The notes beneath the pieces are model-generated. The model was not told where the DNA came from and searched no databases. It was given only the letters and a program-made list of their open reading frames with translations. 64,000 nt of DNA, taken from NCBI RefSeq assembly GCF_004010195.1, contig NC_057713.1, forward strand, positions 102,540,124 through 102,604,123. The letters run 5' to 3'. The position numbers and the translations under genes are program-made. Below are positions 1 to 12,911 of the stretch, piece by piece. Each line of letters begins with the position of its first letter. Position 1 is the stretch's first letter. This DNA comes from Chiloscyllium plagiosum (lineage: Eukaryota).

Positions 1-1219
1 GCCAAACATATACACCTTTATATAAAAGCATGGGCCAATGAATATTCACAGCAACAAACAAGGATGTAAGGGTAATGAAATACAGAACAAAAATACATCT
101 GTAAATCAAAACATATATTTGCATAGGCTAATGAATTAGTTACACATAGAATTATAGAAATAACCTTTGAAATATGTAAATTAACAATGACAGACAAGTA
201 TGGGGCTGTAATATAAATGCACATAAATCAATTCAGCATAAAGGACCAAAAGTGATCAGTGATACTTTACCTAGTGATGCTTTATCAGTCTCCTGGGCAG
301 GTCTCTTACTGTCACTTGACCAGCCAAGGCAAAACTGTGTTCATCTCTTAGCAGCGTAAATTTCAATATGTTACCTTACAGCCACACGTTAAGAGTGAAA
401 AGCAGCTGATTTGGTTGGAGGGTGGTGTTGAGGTATTGGGTGACCTCAATGGCACTTGAGCCAATGTTCCAGTTGCAGTATAACTCTATAATCTATTGGG
501 TGTACCCAGCATTTCACAGGTTATGCATTTTAGACTAGTGGCTACTTTCCAAATCAAAGGTTTCCGCTGACATCATGATTGGCATGATTAAATTATAACC
601 ATGTATATTTTCCAGGGAATTTTTAAAAATTATTTGTAAGAGGTAGCATTTATGCTTGAAATTAGCATTCATTTGCTGGTGCTGATTGCTGCTATCTTGG
701 CAGTGTTTCCCTTCAGCAATTGGGCATAACTTTATAACTAATTTACTACAAATCAATTGTATGCCAGAACATTGTTCAAGTAAGGGAATAGTGTGCACAA
801 ACACATTACAACATTATACTAAGATATAGTCCAGCTCAATAGTAACATTAACTTGCAGGACATTACTGTGAGATTCATTGATGGTGCCTGTCTTGGTTAA
901 TAGAGATGTTCATCAGGGAATGGTCTGCAAATATGAGACCACTGTATTTCCACAGATGCTTTTTGATCTGCTGAGTATTCTCAACTTTCTTGATCTATGC
1001 TATCAGATCAAAGGATAGAGAGGGACAATAGTTGCATTCCCAAATATCCAGCCATATTGTCATCCACAACTGAATAAGACTCAGCATTGAGAGCAGACTC
1101 CCTACTTTGAGGTTTCCATGTCAAATATGCCCAAAGAATTCACTTCCTCTGCAAGTTTATTTTTATATTTTATGTCCATGTTGTTTGTATTAACTCTCAG
1201 GTTAAATAAATACAGAACG

Positions 1220-1375
1220 ATTTATTTATATCACATCTCTTGCAGCTGCAGAATATCTTAAAGCACCTTACAGCCAATGAAGTACTTCTGAATTGTAATG
1301 TTGGAAACATACGGCCAATTCGTGCAAACAAGATTCTACATCTAATGACAGAGTGACGAAATAATTGTGAAGTTG
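1220..1375 (-). mobile_element. Deu-domain SINE (SacSINE1/AmnSINE-like), 3' part; remainder probably at about 2580-2740
   Basis: tttatat...acagccaatgaagtactt...tgtaatgttggaaac...gccaatt resembles the reverse complement of the Deu-SINE 3' region; interrupted by a Penelope insertion. Confidence 0.55.
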
Positions 1376-1399
1376 ACACAAAAAAAAGTTGCCCTATTC

Positions 1400-2578
1400 T
1401 TCCAATCATGTCTTAGGGTCTACTACAAACCTTCAGACTCCCATAACTATCTGGGCAACACATCATCCCATCCAGTATCCTGCAAGAATTCCATCCCATT
1501 CTCCCAATTCCTCGGCCTCCATCACATCTGCTCAGATGAGGAGACATACCACTTGCAAGCATCCCAGATGTCACCTATTTTGAACAATGCACTTCTCTTC
1601 CCTCCGTCATCCAGTCAGTCCTCCGCTGCACCACCTCATTCCCTGTTCCACTGCTCTAAACCCCCTCCCCCTCACAACGTGATAATGACAGAGTCCCCTT
1701 ATCCTCACGTACCACCCCATTAGTCTTCACAGCCAATGCACCATCCTCAAATACCTTCGCCAACTTCAACTAGATCCCACCACCAAGAACATCTTCCCCT
1801 CCCATCCCTCTCAGCCTTCCACAAGGACCATTCTCTCCGTCAGTCTTTGGTTCACGCCACCCCAACCACCGAACCCCCAGCTACCTTTCCCCTGCAACCA
1901 GAAGAGATGCTCAACCTGCTGGTACACAACCCCCTCACCTCCACCCACGGCCCCAAACAGTCCTTCCAAGTGAGATGGAGGTTCACCTGCCCCTCTGTCA
2001 ACCAGTTTACTGCATCAGGTGCTCCCAATATGGTCTTCTCTACATCAGGGAGACTGAACGAAAACGTAGGGAATGGCTCACTTGGCATTGCAGCTGGGCC
2101 TACAGGAGCCGACCGGACCTCCCAGTCACTGCCCATTTCAATTCCCCCAACCACTTCTTTTCTGACATGACCATCCTTGGCCTCCTCCATTGCCAACACA
2201 AAGCACAGGACCTATTGGAGGAACAATGCCTTAACTTCCGTGTTGGCACCCTACAGCCCAGAAGACTCAACACTGAGTTCTCCAATTTCAAATAACCTCC
2301 ATCCCCATTTCCCGACTCCCTTTCCAGCCCCTCCCCCTCCCTGCCACTGCTCACTGTCACCAACCAGATTCATTCCTCCCATTGACCAACCAGGTTGTAC
2401 TCTCTCCCTGTCTTCACCTATCCCCATTTCACCATCCTGACCCCCCCACCCCCCACTTTATCTGCAGCACCCCACACACCCATCCTCTGAAGAAGGGTTA
2501 CTCCTGAAACATTGACTTCTGCACCTCCTGGTGCTGCCTTGCTTGCTGTGTTCTTCTAGCCTCCTACCTGTTTACTTA
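1400..2578 (+). mobile_element. Penelope-like retroelement, 3' fragment
   Basis: Degenerate YYKPSDSHNYL...HP.SCKNSIPFSQF and GIY-YIG-type VYCIRCSQYGLLYIRETERK...HFN; terminal repeat with CTGAAGA...GAAAC at 2487-2510. Confidence 0.85.
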
Positions 2579-5500
2579 GGATCAGTTACATCCATGTAAT
2601 AACACAGATGGAGCCTTGGTTTAACAACTTCTCCAAAAAACTGCACATCTAACATAGCAGCAATCGTTTAATACTGCAATGGGGAACGTCAACCTATATT
2701 ATGTGCTTGTGTGTGAGATGGAATACAGACCCAGAATGTACATACTTTATTGCTTGATCAAAGTAACAGTTCAACTTGGGAGTGTTGGGAAGAAAAAGTG
2801 TTCAGAAAGTTTGTGAAGCTTTTAAAATATTTTTAAGAATTATTACCTTGTTTGTTGGCTGGATGCAATGCTGGAGGTTATTTCTGCTTCAGGAGGTTAT
2901 TTCAGAGACCATTATTCCCAACGTCAATGTTAAACAGTACTAAGAGGTAATAGGTGTATTGGATATAATCTTCCAAAATTTGATTCTGTTAAATGAAGCT
3001 GATTTATTGTACAATTGAGCTTTAAGAATTTTACCAGAACAGAACCTGATACCATATTAAATGGTACCACAATCTAACATGCAGGCAGCTTGACCAAGGT
3101 TCAAAAAGATAATTAAATAGCATTGCAGCTTCATTTAACAAATTTTAAAATTTAATATAAAACAAGGCCAATTTTAAATAGCTAATTCCCCAATTGATTT
3201 CAATCCTAAATTTTTAAAATAAGGTATTATCACTTCAACATTTAACCATCTCCTCAGAATATCTAACAAGTTCATAGGTGAGCTACCACGGGAACAACCA
3301 TTTTGTTTTAAAATGTATGGAAATAAATAAAATAAAATTATTTTGTGAATCTTATGAAATAAACAAATGGGAATGGACAAAGGATTCGCTAGTTAATTGG
3401 TGCTTGTTATAACATGGTTTATTGAGATGTTCCTATGATTTAACGCTTGCATCATTAACCAGAGATTAGCCAAAAATAGACAAAAACTACTCCTAGTTGA
3501 ATCCACACAGAATCTATATAATTGCAGCCCATCCTATGCAATCAATCTCTGCATACAGTGTGTCCCTGGACATCCTATTATTCAACAGGAGTTGCCTATT
3601 ACCTGCAATATACCAGGGCAACCAACAAATCACAGCTCTTTCCTACAGCCAAACAGTCATATCTAGCTTTTTCAATATAAGTGCAACCAGCAGCTCAACA
3701 CGTTCAAACACTGTGACAACCACAACTGTCCAGAAAATATTACTCGCATAATCACATCACATAATGGCAAACCTTTACAAAATAAAGTATTAACAGTGAC
3801 TTTAAAGCAGGTTTTCAGAATGGTTACACATAACAAATATTTACAAAATGTCCCCAGGTACTTAGAACCATGTATTAAACCAGAATTTAACCCAGAGCTA
3901 CATAAAGCACTGTTATGGCAGATGGTGCAAAGCTCAATGAAGTAGATTTCTAAAGAGCATCTTAAAGTAGGAAAGCAAGGACTAGAGGCAAAGAGTTTTC
4001 AGGAGGGAATTCCAGAGTTTGGAACCCTGGCAGTTGAAGGTGCAGCCACCAATGGTGGACTGCATAAAATCAGGGAGGGAGTTGGAGAAGAGACTTATGA
4101 CAGTAATGAAATGTTGTTTGAATGGCTTTTAAAATCTGAATCTGAGCCTGCATAATCTAGACAATAGTGCCTTTCATGTTGTCAATTCCCCATTAAACTG
4201 TTGTCACATTCAACCATTGGCAAAGCACTGTTCTCTATTATCAGGACTGGTACTTGGAAATTAAAATTCGATCATTAAAATTACACTTTAATAACAGGTA
4301 AACACAATTACAGCTGTCCTACACACAATGGATCAGCAGAGGAATAAATGGTCCATAATACTGAACCAAAAAACAATCAGTTTCAATCACTGACTTGTAC
4401 TGCATTAATATATATTATCCAGTATAATGGTCTACATTCCTGCAGAATCCCTGGACCAGAGAGGAGAAGTATTGGCAATAATCCCTGATCCTAAACATTG
4501 TTCTGTGAATCCTCCACCAAAAGATACAGATGAGTGAGAACACAGGCCAGGGTTTTAACACTTAGTGAGTCCTGCCTGACCATCAAAATGTAGGATCACA
4601 CAGAAGGAAAAGATTTGGGATCTATTGAGTTGCATCCAAGCATTGAAAGACAAAGTACTGGAGGAGGGGGATATCATTCAAAGTATTCTCAAATAAGTTT
4701 ACTTTGGCTGAATCTCAGGGTTTCTTTGGTAAGTGCAAGTTTTATTAAGTATTTTGAAGGAATTCTCACTGAGAAACCCAGCGCAACTTCTTGCTGTACA
4801 TTACATAACCTCACTTTATTAACTACTTACAGTTCTGCAACGTCATCCCTCATATTCCATTCTAGCCCCATCTGAACCATTGCCATTCCGACAACAACTC
4901 ACTATTCACCAGATATCTGCTCAATGATCAGCACACCGTGACATCTTTGAAAGGCCTCTGTGCACCCGGCCAAGCATTGGCAAACAGCATTCTTAATAGC
5001 AATGTAATGGCACAACAGTGGCAAAGCCACACTACTCATGGCAGACAGACAGCATGGCTGACTCTCCCAAGACTATTCTCTCATCCTAGTCACTGTTTAA
5101 CCACCATGCCACACAATCTGTCATTAGTTACATCCTGTCTAATCACCCTCTCTAAGTCACTGTTTTTCTGTCCCTAATTCACTGTCATTGTCCGAGAAGG
5201 GATTAGGCAAGCAATCGGGCAATTTGAAACATTGGCTTTTATTGACAGGTAGAGCAAACACAAATGAAACAAATAAAGGCTGCATTTTATCCCTGAAATG
5301 AGACCCAAATGCTGGCATCTGTACCCAGCTCTGATTTGCTGGAACCGAGTGTCAACAAGGTTATATATCTGACTTATAGCCCCCATTGGAACTGAGCACT
5401 GATAGTGCCCATTCCCACCTTGCACCCTTCCTGACAATTGATGGATGGATCCCCAGGATGTATTGGCCCCAGAACACTGACCAACTTTGACGAGCAAACC

Positions 5501-5995
5501 CTTGACATGACTGACCAGCCCTGACCAATGTGTTTGCAGCTCCCTGACTGGAGATACACAATTGCCCACATTGCTGGTCCTGGCTATACAGGGCAGAATG
5601 CTGCTCGCTCCCTGGACTGCAGTGAGACATGACTCCTGACTGTGAGCATCCCAAGTGGATGACAGACGATGGCCCCTACACTGTTTACAGACTGTGTCAT
5701 TGATGACACCATGCTTCCCTGATCGGCAGTGCCTACCTCCATTTGGCTGGCTGAGAACTAGTCCATTTCTGTTATGGCATTTTGGTTGAATAAACATATA
5801 GCATATTTGTCAGTGCAGACATCTGGTACTTGATATAGGTGTTAGATTGATGTCTCAGTTTGCAAGGTATACTCCCAGATAGGTCCTGGCTAACAAGCAT
5901 CACAACCAGCCGGACTACAGCTGCACAAGAGAGGACATTAAAATTTGTCAGTTATGGTAGCCCTTGTCTCTGGCTAAAATGCCAATGCACTAACA

Positions 5996-6043
5996 GGCAT
6001 GGCACAGCAAGACAAGGCATGGCACAGCAAGACAAGGCATGGA
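5996..6043. repeat. Short tandem repeat of 20-mer GGCATGGCACAGCAAGACAA, about 2.3 copies
   Basis: Direct reading. Confidence 0.85.
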
Positions 6044-6079
6044 TGTTACCAGCATGCAGGTAGGCACTAAGTAAGTTCA

Positions 6080-6288
6080 GGAGAAAGTGAGGACTGCAGA
6101 TGCTGGAGATCAGAGCTGAAAATGTGTTGCTGGAAAAGTGCAGCAGGTCAGGCAGCATCCAGGGAACAGGAGAATCGACATTTCGGGCATCGACGTTCCT
6201 GAAGAAGGGCTTATGCCCGAAACGTCGATTCTCCTGTTCCCTGGATGCTGCCTGACCTGCTGCGCTTTTCCAGCAAAACATTTTCAGC
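6080..6288. mobile_element. Hairpin mini-element of two inverted Penelope terminal repeats, with TSD
   Basis: 76-bp inverted arms 6115-6190 and 6213-6288; duplication (GC)ACTAAGTAAGTTCA at 6064-6079 and 6287-6302. Confidence 0.88.
6199..6226 (+). ncRNA. Minimal hammerhead ribozyme motif (Penelope type)
   Basis: CTGAAGA-A-GGGC-TTAT-GCCC-GAAAC-GTC: both conserved core boxes, 4-bp stem II, palindromic ACGT stem III, GUC triplet. Stem I is weak. Confidence 0.6.
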
Positions 6289-7138
6289 ACTAAGTAAGTT
6301 CATGCTAACAGAGCTAGCAAGCAGCCCTGAGAAAGGGCATTCTTGATCCTGGCCCTAAACAGCCTGGCTCTAATTTTAACTGTGCTCCTTGGGTTTTTAA
6401 TTTCTTCACAAGAGGATTTTTTTTATCTAACCTATCACAGTCTTAACATTTTAAGCACATTGATCAGATTATTCTTCAATAGAAAAATGGAATCCAAGCC
6501 AAGTTTATGAAGCTTGTCCTCAAACTTTATCCCTCTCCTTGATAACATTTGAGTGACTATATACTGCACCCTCTCCACTTCCTCAGATGATCTGCCTACA
6601 ACTGAAAGCAGTTGTGCCAGATGATCTTTAACCAAGGCTCCATTTTCAATAGGTCATGGAGTTTAATTTTCCTTAGAGCTTTACTGAAAAAAAGTGTGTT
6701 ACATCCAAAGTAAAATTAAAGCTGAGTATATTTTACAGAATGCTCATGGCTGACAGGACTGTATTGACAGTTGTTTCTATAAAAATAAAAGCAAATTTCA
6801 CTAAATTGGATTCTTACTCAAATTACTCCCTTCCTTGTCAGACTGACTTGGTCAACCTCAGGCTAGGAAAATTGATTAACTGAACCCCAATCCTAAGCCA
6901 GTGGAAGTCCTGCCTTTCAACCTTCTTCAAAGTCTTTGCACATATGTTTCCCTCCTCTTTATCTCACTTCAGTTCACAGCACAAATCTTAAATCTGTGCA
7001 ACTTTACTTCCATTTAAAATACACCGCGTCAGTATAACTAATTTCCAAATTGTCTGTGTAAATATCCCAAAATATAAAAGACATTGTTACCCATTTAAAT
7101 GATTAACATTTGCCTATGTGAATTGATGCAGCACTAAC

Positions 7139-7254
7139 CTTGATCTTTAATGCAGAATGAATCATATGGACCAGGTGAAGAAGCTGCTTCAGTTTTTACT
7201 CGAATGGTTTGAAGGCCCTGTTGGCTAAATCCCATGTTATTGCACATGGTTATC
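7139..7254 (-). CDS. SUSD5: SUSD5 coding exon 3 (Link module, C-terminal part); later exons lie beyond base 1
   Basis: Acceptor ttcacacag, then G-ITMCNNMGFSQQGLQTIRVKTEAASSPGPYDSFCIKDQ, then phase-1 donor G|GTTAGT. Entry phase matches exon 2; resembles SUSD5 TTVCSK...PGGTYSALCIKDE. Confidence 0.88.
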
Positions 7255-8619
7255 CTGTGTGTGAATAAAACACATTTGATTACTTCTAATCTAGATTGTG
7301 AACTACTTGTTAATTTACATTCAATTTTTTCTTCACCTTCTTTCATTAGCAATTTAATTCCCAAATCCCCAAGTCCAGCCCTTTATTCTGCACCATTCTC
7401 AGAATAAGAACTCAAACAGGTAAGCTGTTTCAGTACTATACTGTACAATTGTAATTGTGAGAGACTACGCAATTGTTGACACTTTAAAGTGGATAAATGT
7501 CTTGCTGATTGTTGGGCTGAGATTCTGCAGGAGTATGGGCAGTGAAAGAGTGACATAATTCTTGCAGAAATAGGGATAAATGACTTTGTCCCTCCAGAAT
7601 CCTGCCAATTTCTATCAGGTTTGTGATTGGAAATTGGGACAAACCTGTGGAAATTCAGGATGCAGGAATTTAACATGAGCCTGCTGTTCGATTTTGGTCA
7701 GGTCCAGGAGAAGGTCTGATAAAGATTAACAGAGTCTTTGTTGTTGGCAAAATTACCTTTACTTAAACATTACAAGATTCAGGATGTGTACAACACCAGA
7801 CTTAATCTTCACCACAAGGCTGCTAAAGAGAAGTTTTGTAGCTGTCATGTGACAAAACATCACTTCCCATTGATGATGTAGACCACCTTAGTTACATATT
7901 TGCATGAACCATTTACACTGTAACAAGGATCTGCAAGTTGGAATCAGAGGGCACTGGCTAACATCACCTCCTGCTGAATATGTTTTTGGATATTTCATCA
8001 GATGACCTCCTAACTTCAGAATCTCAATGCCACACTACAGTCATTAGTGAACCATTGTCAAAGCGTCCTGCCCCCACTCACCAGCTGGAATGCCAACTGA
8101 CATGGCTTTGTTACTGAATAGCTTAATTTTTGATTTTCAGTGACAAATCCTACATCTCCATCATCAGGTTTTTAAAACTAAGAAAATAAATTGCAAAACA
8201 AAATTGAAGAACACCATTTTTATTTCTCTATGATGGCCATCTCTCATTTCCCCTAAAATAAGTAGCTCCCCGACAGATATTTGAGAGAGTTTAACAATCA
8301 ACGAGGGTTTCATGATCACCGTTACTGAGATTTTCTTTATATTTTGGAATTATTAATGAATTAAAATTCTACCTGATGACATAGTATGATTTAAAGTCAA
8401 ATCATCATACATTAGCCTGGATTTCAGCATGAATAAAATTATTGTGAGGCTACTGTCTCCTTTGAAACTAATTTGCCTTGAAAATTTGCTATAATTCTGG
8501 TCAGAACAGACCTGAGCTATCTGGCCAACTCAAAAGGTGCTTTAAGGAAAGATTTAAGAATTGCAACATTGGTGCAGTAAACAAAAGTACTTGAGAGAGA
8601 GAAAAGCAAACTCCCAGGG

Positions 8620-9500
8620 GACACCTAGGTCTCATTGCACCTCCCTCTTTCTCAATCTATCACCATTGAGATAATAATCTGGCTGCCTGTTTTTGCTACC
8701 AAAATGGTTAACTTCACATTTATCCACAATAAACTTCATCTGCCATACTAATGTCCATTTACTCAACTTATCGAAATCACACTGAAGAATTGCTGCATCC
8801 TCCTCACAGTATACCCTCCTACAAAGCTTTGTGTCATCTGCAAATTTGGAGATAGTACATTTAGTTCCCTCATCTACATCTTTACTGTATATTGTGAATC
8901 GCTGGGATCCAAGCACTGATCATTGGCAGCTCCTCAGAAAATGACCAGTTTATTCATATACTTTGTTTGCTGCCTGCCAGCCAGTTCTCTATGTATGTCA
9001 GTACACTAACCCCAATCACATGCCCTTTAATTTTACATGTTAAGTTCTTATGTGGGACCTTTTGAATGCCTTCTGAAAGTCCAAGTAAACCACATCCACT
9101 GGTTCCCCCGATCAATTCAACTGGTTATATCCTTGAACAATTCCAAATAATTTGTCAAGCATGATTTTTGTTTCATAACTTACATGTGATTCTGTCAAAT
9201 CCTGTCACTGTTATCCAAGTGGTTGGCTCTGCTGCTTCACAATGCCAGGGACGCAGGTTTGATTCCAGCCTCCCTTTGTAAGTAGTGGGGTTACATTAAC
9301 TAAATTTCAATCAGTAGGGAATGTTTCAGAGTCTATAGAATCTTGAAAGGTGACCACCAATGCATTCACTATTTCTAGAGTCACTTCTTTATGTATTTTG
9401 GTGCTAGATTGTCAAAACCTGGGGATTTGTTAGCCTTTAATCCCATCAATTTCTCCAACACCATTTCCCTACTAAAACTGATTTCCTTCAGTTCCTCTCT
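8620..9500 (-). mobile_element. Old CR1 LINE reverse-transcriptase fragment
   Basis: ISKFADDTKL...LQCDFDKLSKW...WQMKFIVDKCEVNHFG. Confidence 0.85.
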
Positions 9501-11023
9501 CTCACTTCACTCTCTCTGTTCACATAAAACTCATTTTGCGACTATCAGTCTGAGTTGAATTTGACTTGCCCGGATCAGAAGTGAATACATCTGTTAACTG
9601 ACTATGACACTCAGTTATCTACATTCCTATCATTATAAATCTTGTAATTTCTAGCTTTGTTCAACTCAAATCAAAATTATGAGAGGCATTGATGAAATGA
9701 TTAGGGAGAGGTTACTTCCATTAGCAGGGACATTGGTAACCAAAGAGCACAGATTTAAGTGAGTTAGCATAGAAATGAGAGAACTTGGAGAGGTATAAAA
9801 GTTGGCTGTGGGTTAGACTCGCAAGATGGAAACCTCCTTTCCCTTCATTTCGTAACAGTTTTTATTATGATGCGTTTCAGTGGTCACAGTTCAGTTCAGG
9901 CTGAGCACGTGGTGCAAAACTGCTCACATTCTGACACACGGAAACTACAAAACATCCAGAGAGTATCTGATTGTAAGCTATTCCAGTGAAAAAGGGATGG
10001 GATGTCATTAAGAGATTAGGGTTGAAGAAGGCGTCTTTGTTCAGTTTCTAACTCTGTTATCCTGGCAATATTTGATACTCAATGGCAAAAACTAAAAGAT
10101 AATATATCTTGCGTCTTTAACGTTCATAAATTTAAGTAAATAACATTCTTGTTTTTAAGCTAAAGATGACCAATGCACATGAGTTAATAGGAATGCACAA
10201 TTGTTATTGCCAAAATTTAAGAGTAATCCCTGATTCAGATGTGGTCACAATTTATAATAATTTTTTAGGACATATTTGTTCACTCATGGAATTTATTCCA
10301 TTTGAAGCCCAATTCCATTTGAGGACAAAGCCGTTAAAATGTCATTTCATCTCATTTGGATGGGTTATAAATCTAAAAATAAGCTCATTTCTCACTATTT
10401 AAACAACATTCCGAGTTTGTTTCCTGAATCAATGAAGAACAGACACAACATAGTGAGTTAGAATTGACTATTGCACGCAGTGTTCATGAGTCATTATTAT
10501 AGACATTCTAGGGTAATAAAAATGTCAGTGATGATTTGTACTGCTCTGAGAGAACATCATCAGATAGTTCTAATTGCTGATTACGACATTGACACTTTTC
10601 TGATATTCACCCAACAATGTGAAGACTGACTCATTAAAATGTAAATTATTCGGTTGCATGCTACATAACCATCTCTCCAAAATTTCTCTGCACTTACTGA
10701 AGCATAACCAGTTCTGTCCACTGAGCATTTATGAAAGTTAAACTGTTTCCCCTCATTTTATAAGATTCATGTTCAGTTTTGCTTCTCCTACACAGAAAAA
10801 AATGTTAACGGTTCAAAGCCGTTGCATGCTGCCGGGGAGGAGTTGATATCTGGGCAATAGATTCTTGTCTAACCATTCCACACCATTCATTTCTTCCCCC
10901 GTTACTTAAGAAAGACAGTGGGGGAAGGTTTCCTCTGTCATTCAAACGTCTGTAAATTAGCAGGTTCTAAAAATACTTCAGAAAAGTAAGTTATTCTCTG
11001 GATAGAAGCGCAATTAGACAGAA

Positions 11024-11310
11024 GCACGGTGGCTCCGTGGTTAGCACTGCTGCCTCACAGCACCACTGCCTCGGGGCGACTGTCTGCGTGGAGTTTGCAC
11101 ATTCTCCCCGTGTCTGCGTGGGTTTCCTCCGGTTGCTCCGGTTTCCTCCCACAGTCCAAAGATGTGCTGGTTAGGGTGGATTGGCCATGCTAAATTGCCC
11201 ATAATGATAGGTGCATTAGTCAGAGAGGGGTGGGTTACTCTTCGGAGGGTCGGTGTGGACTGGTTGGGCCGAAGGGCCTGTTTTCACACTGTAGGGAATC
11301 TAATCTAATC
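11024..11310 (+). mobile_element. HE1-type tRNA-derived V-SINE
   Basis: GCACGGTGGCTCCGTGGTTAGCACTGCTGCCTCACAGC head, V-core TGGAGTTTGCACATTCTCCCCGTGTCTGCGTGGGTTTCC, LINE-derived tail. Confidence 0.9.
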
Positions 11311-11647
11311 AAAAAGATCACAATCCTTGCCAAAAGTAGAGGAAACGGGTGATGAAATAATTTGGAATGGAAACAGATAAATGATTGAAGGTCAGACTGC
11401 GAGGAAAGTGGCGTTATAGGAACTGGTGCTTAGAATCAGCATTAATGATATATTTTAATTATAGTCTAGTGAATACAGATATCGCCTGGGATTGAGTTTT
11501 TGATGCTGGGCTAAGCGGTTTCAGGGATCTTGGATGGAAATCAATCACGTTATTGCAGGCTGTCATCGGGAAAGCCAAAGTTTTCAGGAAAATTATTCCC
11601 CATCCTTTGGGGTGGGATAGGAGTGAGGGGAGATGAGGGAACTTTAC

Positions 11648-11825
11648 CCGATTTGGTTGCCTGCGATCCAGCCAGTGGTACACTCTGTGAAGGCGCACTC
11701 CTCCACCGCTCGCCGCAGCTCGTCAGCTGTAGCCAGGCGCGCCCCCTGCTCTCTGCACAATCCTTGGGCCGCGGCCGGGTCCCACTGCGCGCTCCTATTC
11801 ATTGGCCGGAGAACGAACATTTTCC
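11648..11825 (-). CDS. SUSD5: SUSD5 coding exon 2 (Link module, N-terminal part)
   Basis: Acceptor ttcttatcccag, then GKMFVLRPMNRSAQWDPAAAQGLCREQGARLATADELRRAVEECAFTECTTGWIAGNQIG, then phase-2 donor GG|GTAAAG. Matches recalled SUSD5 (GKFFVL...C..[29 protein letters not shown]). Confidence 0.92.
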
Positions 11826-12648
11826 CTGGGATAAGAAAAAATACAATAAGACACTGCCTCGAATTTCCACTCCCAGATGGTCTGGATGTAAAGTGACCGA
11901 ACTCCATCACGGCTGTTCATTCACAATTATTTTTATTGACTTTGATTTTCTTGGTTCAGCACTGGAACCACCTCTAATGTAGCCCCAAAGAACATAAACC
12001 TAGGTTTCATTAAACTTCTCTTTTAACAATATTCCGAACTTAACATTGAATGTAATCATTTTAGATTATAATCCTGGCTTCTATTTCCTCAGACAGCGTC
12101 TTCTGATAAAGTTTGTTCTATTAGCACTTTCTTTAGGCTCGTCTTTTCTTTACACGTGTCTCATTATCTTCCCTCGTTTACCTCGTACATCGTAAATGTC
12201 ATCATTTCAGTTCTCCTGCCTTCCACTCTTTCGTTGGCCCTTCCTTTTTGATCTCTCCCCCTTCCTTCTTGCCGGTGTGTTTGTAAAAAACCTGACTTCT
12301 CCAACTTTTTCCAGCTATAACGAAAAGCTATGACCTGAAACATTAACGCTAAATCTCGCCATAGATGCTGCCTGACCTGATTTTTCCCCATCGTTTCTTA
12401 TGTTTCAGATTTCCATCATCCACAGTAATTTCATTTTGAGCTCACTATGATCCTTGTAGTTCAGTGTCGCCAATTCTAACCCGGACAGTCCTTCCCTACA
12501 CAACCTTATTAGAAATGTCCAGCTTTTATCGACTGAGGTTTTTTTTAATTCTCCCCACCCTTCTCTTTCTGGATCTACAGTGATGGATTCCACTTATGAA
12601 AGAATCAGAAACCTACAAATTCGCAGCGATTTATTAAACAAGTGATCA

Positions 12649-12911
12649 TGGTTAGCACTGGTTAGCACTGCTGCCTCACAGCGCCATAGACCCGGGTTCA
12701 ATTCCCACCTCAGACAACTGTGTGGAGTTTGCACATTCTCCCCGTGTCTGCGTGAGTTTCCTCCCACAGTACAAAAGTGTGCAGGTTAGGTGAATTGGCC
12801 ATGCTAAATTGCCCGTAGTGTTAGGTGTAGGGGAATGGGTCTGGGTGGGTCGCTCTTCGGAGGATTGGTTGGTGCCGAAGGGCCTGTTTCCACACTGTAA
12901 GTAATTTAAAT
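12649..12911 (+). mobile_element. HE1-type V-SINE
   Basis: Same head, core and tail as the copy at 11024. Confidence 0.88.

Noticed and set aside
4880-5960. GC-elevated stretch with a 207-aa minus-strand ORF (5174-5797)
   Set aside because: No recognisable domain or motif; probably an old unclassified repeat in the SUSD5 intron. Needs a Dfam or BLASTX search.
1-7100. SUSD5 sushi-domain exon (PCGDPP...)
   Set aside because: No matching translation with splice sites found; it probably lies beyond base 1. Donor-like sites near 270 and 373 on the minus strand have no SUSD5-like upstream peptide.
11024-11080. tRNA gene
   Set aside because: It is the tRNA-derived head of an HE1 SINE, continuing into the V-core and LINE tail.
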